Source: Candidatus Omnitrophota bacterium (lineage in GTDB: Bacteria > Omnitrophota > Omnitrophia > Omnitrophales > Aquincolibacteriaceae). From it: DNA of 64,000 bases. Numbering within the stretch: position 1 is the stretch's first letter; every line of letters starts with the position of its first letter. The notes below the pieces were generated by a model that did no database searches, was not told the origin of the DNA, and saw only the letters and a list, made by a program, of their open reading frames with translations. Where the stretch lies: NCBI GenBank assembly GCA_016930235.1, contig JAFGHI010000042.1, positions 2,550 to 66,549 of the forward strand, given 5' to 3'. Of this stretch, positions 57,012-64,000 are shown piece by piece. The translations under genes and the position numbers were made by a program.

Positions 57012-58130
57012 ATGAAAAAGGATATTTTCAAATCTTACATTGAGACCGTTAAGCCGTACGAACCGGGAAAGCCTGTCAAAGAATCAGAACGGGAGCTCGG
57101 CTTGCGGCATGTGGTCAAATTGGCCTCCAATGAGAACCCGCTGGGTCCTTCCAGGAAGGCCTTGCGGGCGATGAGGAAAGCGCTTCAAGAGGCCCATTAT
57201 TATCCGGAGAGTAAATGTTTCTATCTGGTGAAGCGGTTGGTGCAGGAATTGGGAGTTACGGAAGATCAAATCATTATCGGGAACGGGTCCAATGAAATTA
57301 TTGAATTGATCGCGCGTGGATTTTTAAAGGAGGGCGATCAGGTCCTTTCTTCGGCGACCTCCTTTCTTGTTTATCCCATCTTATCCCAAGTTTGCGGGGC
57401 CGATTATGTTTCTGTGCCGATGAAGGATTTCCGCTATGACCTCCGAGGGCTTTTGGGAGCCGTGACCGAGAAGACCAAGGTCATTTTTATCGCGAATCCG
57501 AACAATCCGACGGGGACTTATGTTTCGACAAGCGAGGTTGAGGACTTTTTGTCCAAGGTGCCGAAGGATGTCCTGGTTTGTTTTGACGAGGCTTATTTTG
57601 ATTTTGTGGATGTCCCTGATTTTCCGCACACCTTATTTCATGTTAAATCAGGGAAACCGAATGTTGTTGTGATGCGGACCTTTTCGAAGTCCTATGGGTT
57701 GGCCGGCTTGAGAATCGGCTATGCGGTCGGAAGTCCGCAGGTGATCGGCTACCTTCACAAGATCCGGCAGCCTTTTAACGTGAATGCGATTGCCCAGGCG
57801 GGCGCGACAGCGGCCTTGGATGACCGCTTCTTTTTATGGAGGACGAAGCATTTAGTCAGGTGGGGCCGCCGCTATCTTTACCGGCGTTTTGATCAGTTGA
57901 AGCTGCGGTATTTGCCGAGCCAGGCGAATTTTATTTTAGTGGATTGCGGTGTGGATGCGGAGGAAGTCTTTCAGGCGCTTCTCCGTCAAGGGATCATCGT
58001 CCGCTCGATGAAAAGTTATGGGCTTAACACCTGGATCCGCGTGACCATAGGCAGGCGAAGCCAGAATGCCCTTTTTTATCGGGCCTTAAAACATTTTTTA
58101 AAAAAACGCGTGAAGGTAAAAGGAGTGTAA
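57012..58130 (+). CDS. hisC: Histidinol-phosphate aminotransferase
   Basis: KLASNENP, GNGSNE, NPNNPTG, DEAY, RTFSKSYGLAGLRIGY. Confidence 0.94.
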   Translation: MKKDIFKSYIETVKPYEPGKPVKESERELGLRHVVKLASNENPLGPSRKALRAMRKALQEAHYYPESKCFYLVKRLVQELGVTEDQIIIGNGSNEIIELIARGFLKEGDQVLSSATSFLVYPILSQVCGADYVSVPMKDFRYDLRGLLGAVTEKTKVIFIANPNNPTGTYVSTSEVEDFLSKVPKDVLVCFDEAYFDFVDVPDFPHTLFHVKSGKPNVVVMRTFSKSYGLAGLRIGYAVGSPQVIGYLHKIRQPFNVNAIAQAGATAALDDRFFLWRTKHLVRWGRRYLYRRFDQLKLRYLPSQANFILVDCGVDAEEVFQALLRQGIIVRSMKSYGLNTWIRVTIGRRSQNALFYRALKHFLKKRVKVKGV

Positions 58131-58136
58131 ATTGTC

Positions 58137-59153
58137 ATGATTATTGTGATGCGTCAGAATGCGACGCCGGATGAGATCAATCACCTTTGTGAAAAAGTCA
58201 AAGAGATGGGTTTGACGCCGCAAGTTTCCAGGGGGGTCGAACGGACCGTCATCGGCGTGATCGGGGAAGAAGACAAGATCCGGATCAAGCCTCTGGAGGC
58301 TTTTCCGGGAGTCGAATCGGTCATGGAAATCCTGAGGCCGTATAAATTGGCAAGCCGGGATTTTCAAGCTGAACCCACCGAATTTGAAATGCCGCACGGC
58401 GTTAAGGTTGGCGGTAAGAAAATTGTTGTGATGGCGGGTCCGTGTACGGTTGAGAGCCGTGAAAGTCTTTTGAATACGGCCGCTGTGGTCAAAAAAGAAG
58501 GCGCTTCTTTTTTGCGGGGAGGGGCTTTTAAACCCCGGACTTCACCCTATTCTTTCCAAGGATTGGGTGAGGAAGGTTTGAAGTACTTGCGTGAAGCTGC
58601 GGACCAATATCATTTGTGTGTCGTGACGGAGGTGATGGATACGCGAATGGTTGAAATGGTCGCGAAGTACGCTGATATGCTTCAAGTCGGAGCCCGCAAT
58701 ATGCAGAATTATGATTTATTGAAGGAATGCGGGATATCCAAAAAACCGATTCTCTTAAAAAGAGGGATGAGCGCAACGATTAAGGAATTGTTGCTTTCAG
58801 CGGAATATATTTTGTCGAAGGGGAATTTTAAGGTGATGGTTTGCGAGCGGGGAATCCGCACCTTTGAAACGGCAACGCGTAACACTCTCGATATCAATGC
58901 CGTACCGGTGATTAAAAAGGAAACGCATCTGCCGGTTTTGGTGGATCCTTCCCACGGAACGGGAAAATGGGAGTATGTGACGGCGATTGCTCGGGCGGGA
59001 GTCGCCGCGGGATGTGACGGTATTATGGTGGAAGTCCATCTCAACCCTGAGGATGCCGTCAGTGACGGAGAGCAGTCGCTCATCCCCAGGCAATTTGAAT
59101 CCATGATGGGGCAGCTGAAAGCGATCGCTCATGCGATCGGCCGTGAAGTTTAA
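58137..59153 (+). CDS. aroF: DAHP synthase (type I-beta)
   Basis: [34 protein letters not shown]. Confidence 0.95.
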   Translation: MIIVMRQNATPDEINHLCEKVKEMGLTPQVSRGVERTVIGVIGEEDKIRIKPLEAFPGVESVMEILRPYKLASRDFQAEPTEFEMPHGVKVGGKKIVVMAGPCTVESRESLLNTAAVVKKEGASFLRGGAFKPRTSPYSFQGLGEEGLKYLREAADQYHLCVVTEVMDTRMVEMVAKYADMLQVGARNMQNYDLLKECGISKKPILLKRGMSATIKELLLSAEYILSKGNFKVMVCERGIRTFETATRNTLDINAVPVIKKETHLPVLVDPSHGTGKWEYVTAIARAGVAAGCDGIMVEVHLNPEDAVSDGEQSLIPRQFESMMGQLKAIAHAIGREV

Positions 59154-59172
59154 TCGTAAGGGAGAGATAAGG

Positions 59173-60015
59173 TTGAAACCGAAGACAATTGCCATTGTCG
59201 GACTTGGACTTATGGGTGGGTCCTTGGCTGCCATTTGCCGGAAAAGATTTCCGAAAGCCCGCGTCATTGGAGTTAGCCGAAACCGGAAGGCTTTAAAATA
59301 TGCTCATCATAAGCGGTGGATTCATCAGGGGATACAGAGGCTTGAGCAAGGGGTCACCCACGCTGATCTTATCATCTTATGTACGCCGGTGGGGGTGATC
59401 CGGGAATATCTCAAAAGGATTGACCGAGTAGCGAAGCCGGGTGCTTTGGTGACGGATGTCGGAAGTGTCAAATCGGAAATTGTCAGATGGGTTGATCGTC
59501 AAAGATTCTCAAGGATTTGTTTTGTGGGGGCTCATCCCATGGTGGGTTCTCATTTGAGAGGGATAACCGTTGCTCAGGACCGTTTGTTTGAACAAGGATA
59601 TACTTTTCTGACAAAGTCCCCGAAAACGGATAGACAGGCCTGTCGTCAGATTATGCAATTTTGGAAAAAAGTTTCTCTCAGGATCGTTGAAATCTCGCCG
59701 GAGAAACATGACCGCATTGTTGCCTTCATTAGTCACTTGCCTCATGTGGTTGCTGCTTGTCTGGTGTTGAGTGTCCCGAAAAAAATGTTAGGGTTTGCTT
59801 CAACGGGATTTAAAGAAACAACACGTGTGGCTCAAGGGCATCCCTCGATTTGGCTTCCTATTTTCCAAGAGAACACGAAATCTATCCTGAAGGCCCTTTC
59901 TTTTTTTGAAACGGAGTTGATAAAATTTCGAAGGGCATTACGTTCCACCAAGCCGAAAGCCTTGCAGCGCATGATTTCCCGAGGGCGTCAGAAGCGTTCC
60001 CAAATTTCCCTTTGA
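59173..60015 (+). CDS. tyrA: Prephenate/arogenate dehydrogenase
   Basis: GLGLMGGS, DVGSVK, HPMVG, HD...SHLPH; probable TTG start at 59173. Confidence 0.92.
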   Translation: MKPKTIAIVGLGLMGGSLAAICRKRFPKARVIGVSRNRKALKYAHHKRWIHQGIQRLEQGVTHADLIILCTPVGVIREYLKRIDRVAKPGALVTDVGSVKSEIVRWVDRQRFSRICFVGAHPMVGSHLRGITVAQDRLFEQGYTFLTKSPKTDRQACRQIMQFWKKVSLRIVEISPEKHDRIVAFISHLPHVVAACLVLSVPKKMLGFASTGFKETTRVAQGHPSIWLPIFQENTKSILKALSFFETELIKFRRALRSTKPKALQRMISRGRQKRSQISL

Positions 60016-60162
60016 AATTTAGATCTTTGTGTTAGAATACCCCCCTTGATTCTTTCAGTAAACCTTTCAGCTGTCTCGAGGTGCGATAAGGCAGCGAGTA
60101 AGAAGCCCTCACAGGTTTGAGAAGGAATCTATTCTATTTCTCTCAAGGAGGATGAAGTCTTT

Positions 60163-61734
60163 ATGAGTTCCCAATTTTCAGATCTATACGAAAAATCTAT
60201 GCAGAATTTTAAGGAGGGTGAGGTCGTCAAAGGGACGATCATTGCGATCCAGGGCCGTGATGCCATTGTGGATATCGGTTATAAAGCCGAAGGGGTTGTC
60301 CACCTTGATGAATTCACGGATTCGTCGGAGATTAAGGTCGGCGGGGAGATTGATGTTTTGTTTGAGACGTTTTCCGATGAAGACGGCCTTGTGATCCTGT
60401 CGAAAAGGAAGGCGGACCGCCATCGCGTCTGGACGGATCTCCTTGAGAATGCAGAAGAAGGAACGATTGTTGAAGGCAAGATTTATAAAGCTGTCCGGGG
60501 CGGATTCATGGTGGATATCGGAATGGATGCCTTCTTGCCCGCTTCATTAGTCGATTTAAAACCGACCCGGAACCCCAATCAGTTTTTGGGCGTTTCCAGC
60601 AAGTTTATCATCATGAAAATTAATCACAAGCGTAAGAACGTGGTCGTTTCCCGCAAAGATTATCTCTCCAGAGAAAAAGAAGAAGCCCGCCAGGAAAAGA
60701 TTCAAAGTATGGAAGAAGGACAAGTCATCCGCGGACGCGTCAAAAACATCACGGACTTCGGTGTTTTTATGGATTTGGGAGAACTGGATGGGTTGATCCA
60801 TATTACGGATTTAAGCTGGGGGCGTTTGTCTCATCCTTCCGAGATTGTGAAGATGGGGGAAGAACTGGATGTGGTCGTGATCGGCATTGATCGCGAGACG
60901 AGAAAGGTTTCCCTGGGATTGAAGCAAAAGACATCCAATCCCTGGGATCAAGTCGAGGATAAATATGCTGTCGGCACGCAGGTTCAAGGCAAAGTTGTCA
61001 ATATCCTGCCGTATGGGGCTTTTGTCGAATTGGAACCGGGCGTCGAAGGGTTGGTTCATATCAGTGAACTTTCGTGGACGAAAAGGGTGAATCACCCTTC
61101 CGAGATCTTGAATATTGGCGATCAGGTGGAAGTGGTGGTGCTCAATATTGACCGCGACGGAAAGAAAATTTCCCTGGGGATCAAACAGGCTCAGGAAAAT
61201 CCTTGGTCCAAAGTCCCTGAGAAATATCAAGTGGGTGACCGGGTCAAGGGGACGGTCCGTAATTTAACCGATTACGGTGCTTTTATCGAACTCGAACCCG
61301 GCGTGGATGGCCTTGTCCATGTTTCGGACATTTCCTGGACGCACAAGGTCATGAAACCTTCCGATATCTTATCAAAAGGCCAGGAAGTTGAACTGATGGT
61401 CCTGGGGGTTGAGTCAGAGTCCCAAAAAATTTCCTTGGGGATGAAGCAATTAACCGAGGATCCTTGGGATCAATTGACAAGCCATCTGATGACGGGTCTT
61501 CAGATAACGGGGAAGATTACGCGAATTGTGAATTTTGGCTTATTTGTCGAACTTGAAAATGGGCTGGAGGGGTTAGTCCATATTTCCGAAATTCCGGGAG
61601 CCAATGCAGCGAACTTGGAAAAGAATTATCACGCGGGAGACGCGATTCAGGTGAGCGTTCTTCATATTGATCACGATGCCCGCAAGATTGCATTGACTCG
61701 TAAGGACGAACCGGTTCCTACAGATTCTCGCTAA
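60163..61734 (+). CDS. rpsA: 30S ribosomal protein S1
   Basis: Tandem S1 repeats (FGVFMDLG, YGAFVELEPG, GLVHISE). Confidence 0.95.
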   Translation: MSSQFSDLYEKSMQNFKEGEVVKGTIIAIQGRDAIVDIGYKAEGVVHLDEFTDSSEIKVGGEIDVLFETFSDEDGLVILSKRKADRHRVWTDLLENAEEGTIVEGKIYKAVRGGFMVDIGMDAFLPASLVDLKPTRNPNQFLGVSSKFIIMKINHKRKNVVVSRKDYLSREKEEARQEKIQSMEEGQVIRGRVKNITDFGVFMDLGELDGLIHITDLSWGRLSHPSEIVKMGEELDVVVIGIDRETRKVSLGLKQKTSNPWDQVEDKYAVGTQVQGKVVNILPYGAFVELEPGVEGLVHISELSWTKRVNHPSEILNIGDQVEVVVLNIDRDGKKISLGIKQAQENPWSKVPEKYQVGDRVKGTVRNLTDYGAFIELEPGVDGLVHVSDISWTHKVMKPSDILSKGQEVELMVLGVESESQKISLGMKQLTEDPWDQLTSHLMTGLQITGKITRIVNFGLFVELENGLEGLVHISEIPGANAANLEKNYHAGDAIQVSVLHIDHDARKIALTRKDEPVPTDSR

Positions 61735-61740
61735 ATACTT

Positions 61741-62994
61741 GTGACCAGCGTTCATTCCAAAAAGAGAAGAGTTGTTGTTACGGGGCTCGGGGTTATTTCT
61801 CCGATCGGGATAGGCAAGGCCGATTTCTGGCAAGCTTTGCGCCAAGGAAAATCCGGGATCTCACACATCACTGCCTTTGACCCCAGTGAATTCACGACTC
61901 AGTTTGCAGGTGAAATCCGCAACTTTGATCCCCACCAGGCGATCGAGCCAAAACGATTAAAACGGATGGATCGAACTTCCCAGTTTGCTGTGGCCTCAGC
62001 CAAGATGGCTGTCCAAGATGCAGGGCTGACTTTTACCGAGAGGAATAAGAGCAGGACAGGTGTCATTATCGGAACAGCCATGGCGGGGCATGGCTATATT
62101 TTAAATCAGCACACGACCTTGATGCAGAAGGGGCCTATGCGGATCAATCCTTTTACCGCCTTGGCGTCTTTCCCCGACGCATGTGCCAGTAATGTTTCGA
62201 TTGAACTCGGGGTGACGGGACCCAGTTTTTCCATTGCGACAGCCTGTTCATCGGCATCGGATGCAGTCGGCTATGCCTTCGAAGCGATTCGAAGCGGGGC
62301 CCTTGATTTCCTCATCATGGGAGGCGCGGAAGCTTCTATTTATCCGGGTATTCTGGCGGCCTTTTGTGTGGCACGTGCACTCTCGACGCGGAATGATGCT
62401 CCGACTAAAGCATCCCGCCCCTTTAGCCGGGATCGCGACGGGTTTGTGTTAGGGGAAGGTGCGGGGATGCTTGTCCTTGAAGAATATTCTCATGCGAAAC
62501 TACGGGGGGCTCATATTTATGGGGAAATCCTCGGACATGGTATGACTTGTGATGCTTATCATATGACAGCCCCGGATCCCGAAGGGAATGAAGCATCACG
62601 CGCGGTTCAGGTTGCCATGAAAAATGCCGGAGTCAAGATTAAAGACATTCAATATATCAATGCTCACGGGACGTCGACACCGCTCAATGATAAAACAGAG
62701 ACGTTAATTATCAAGAAAGTCTTTGGCGGTCAAGCTTATAAAATTCCTATCAGCTCGACCAAATCGATGGTGGGCCACCTTATCGGAGCAGCCGGGAGCG
62801 TTGAATTGATTGCCACCATTCTTGCCATGGAAAACGAAGAAATTCCTCCGACGATTAATTATAGTGTTCCGGATCCGGAATGCGATTTAGATTACGTTCC
62901 GAACGAATCCCGCAAAGCGAAAATTGAAATTGCCATGAAAAATTCCTTTGGTTTCGGCGGAAAGAATTCGATCCTGATTCTCGGCAAAGTTTGA
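61741..62994 (+). CDS. fabF: 3-oxoacyl-ACP synthase II
   Basis: RVVVTGLG, TACSS, HGTST, KSMVGH, NSFGFGG. Confidence 0.94.
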   Translation: MTSVHSKKRRVVVTGLGVISPIGIGKADFWQALRQGKSGISHITAFDPSEFTTQFAGEIRNFDPHQAIEPKRLKRMDRTSQFAVASAKMAVQDAGLTFTERNKSRTGVIIGTAMAGHGYILNQHTTLMQKGPMRINPFTALASFPDACASNVSIELGVTGPSFSIATACSSASDAVGYAFEAIRSGALDFLIMGGAEASIYPGILAAFCVARALSTRNDAPTKASRPFSRDRDGFVLGEGAGMLVLEEYSHAKLRGAHIYGEILGHGMTCDAYHMTAPDPEGNEASRAVQVAMKNAGVKIKDIQYINAHGTSTPLNDKTETLIIKKVFGGQAYKIPISSTKSMVGHLIGAAGSVELIATILAMENEEIPPTINYSVPDPECDLDYVPNESRKAKIEIAMKNSFGFGGKNSILILGKV

Positions 62995-63027
62995 ATTCTT
63001 GATTCGGGGGATTTTTTTAGGGGAACA

Positions 63028-63873
63028 TTAAGTCAGAGAGGCGGAAATCTTTTTTATCTTTGATTTTCTGGGTTTCAAGGTCTCTTCTTCTTCGCCTGAC
63101 GCACCATCCAAAATGCCGCGCTCGGAAGCTTCAATAAAAGAAATCAAGTGTTTGACTTCGGCACATTTCAAGTTTTTTTTCATTTCTTCGACGGCTTGCG
63201 TCACATTAAGTCCTGAACGGTAGAGCAGTTTGTAAGCTTGCTTGATTTCGTCACGGATAGGGGGCGGAAAACCTGCCCGTCTTAGACCCACGACATTCAT
63301 CCCAAGAACGACACCGGGCCGCCCGCCGCAGGTCAAGAAAGGAGGAATGTCTTTATTGCAGGCTGAAAGCGCACTGACCATTGAAAGCCGGCCTATGCGT
63401 GTGAATTGGTGAAATCCGGTCATGCCTGAAAGGAAGGCACTGTCCTCGACCATGCAGTGTCCGGTCAGAGAAGCTTGATTGACCATGATGATATTGTTGC
63501 CAAGCGTACAGTTGTGGGCAACATGGCAATAAGCCATTAAGAAATTCGAATCCCCTAAAACGGTGGATGTTCCGGGTTTGGTTCCCCGATGGATCGTGAC
63601 AAATTCCCGTATTTTATTGTGATGGCCGATCTTGGTATAAGTGGGTTCTCCCTTATAGGCCGTATCTTGGGGCGTATGGCCGATCACGGTTCTCATGTGG
63701 ATCTCATTGTAGTTGCCGATTTCCGTGCCGACGCAAATATAAGCCCCGGCCATAATTGTGTTATGGGAGCCGATCTTGACCCCGTCTTCGATGATGACAT
63801 AAGGGCCAATTTTATTGTTGACGCCCAGCTCGGCATTTTTTCCGATAATTGCTGTAGGATGAATCTCTGACAT
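63028..63873 (-). CDS. lpxA: Acyl-ACP--UDP-GlcNAc O-acyltransferase
   Basis: IHPTA hexapeptide repeats, PQD, IREFVTIHRGT, HVAHNC, N.VGLRRAGF. Confidence 0.92.
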   Translation of the reverse strand: MSEIHPTAIIGKNAELGVNNKIGPYVIIEDGVKIGSHNTIMAGAYICVGTEIGNYNEIHMRTVIGHTPQDTAYKGEPTYTKIGHHNKIREFVTIHRGTKPGTSTVLGDSNFLMAYCHVAHNCTLGNNIIMVNQASLTGHCMVEDSAFLSGMTGFHQFTRIGRLSMVSALSACNKDIPPFLTCGGRPGVVLGMNVVGLRRAGFPPPIRDEIKQAYKLLYRSGLNVTQAVEEMKKNLKCAEVKHLISFIEASERGILDGASGEEEETLKPRKSKIKKISASLT

Positions 63874-64000
63874 GGCGTGAATTGTAACATATTCCTTAGG
63901 CTGATGCTATGGGCGCTTTCGCCCGAGCGGGTCTTAATTTGACTCCCTATTTATTCCCTGTTAGAATGACACCCTTTATTGAAGTAACTTATTGCAAGAA

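Overview
Gene-dense bacterial chromosome segment (diderm: lpxA and an lpxL-like gene are present), coded almost entirely on the + strand. A PVC/Omnitrophota-like origin is plausible but is inference only. (1) 2.2-32.9 kb is a fermentative H2 island: ADP-forming acetate-CoA ligase, two Rex repressors with several Rex boxes, an NAD-linked group 3d [NiFe]-hydrogenase (hoxFUYHW), a tetrameric Hnd/HydABC-type [FeFe]-hydrogenase, both maturation sets (hypABCDEF, hydEFG), PFOR and a DHOD-like flavoprotein. (2) 33.2-36.7 kb is a four-gene RiPP cluster. It encodes an unusually long (354 aa) Pro/Ser-rich graspetide precursor with a plesiocin-type LFIEDL leader and four [ST]TMxxGEE cores, an ATP-grasp ligase, an M50 site-2 peptidase with a possible RRE, and an SPFH protein. 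(3) cydAB, a Kef-type antiporter and a 1998-aa secreted orphan protein follow. (4) 47.8-48.8 kb is non-coding and contains a regularly spaced array of 24-bp palindromes of differing sequence (35-bp period), bracketed by heptamer repeats and REP-like elements. (5) The remainder is housekeeping: acyl-CoA dehydrogenase, nfu, trpS, scpAB, pheA-hisC-aroF-tyrA, rpsA, fabF, lpxA. No rRNA, tRNA, CRISPR array or transposase was recognised. All calls come from reading motifs by eye; no database searches were run.
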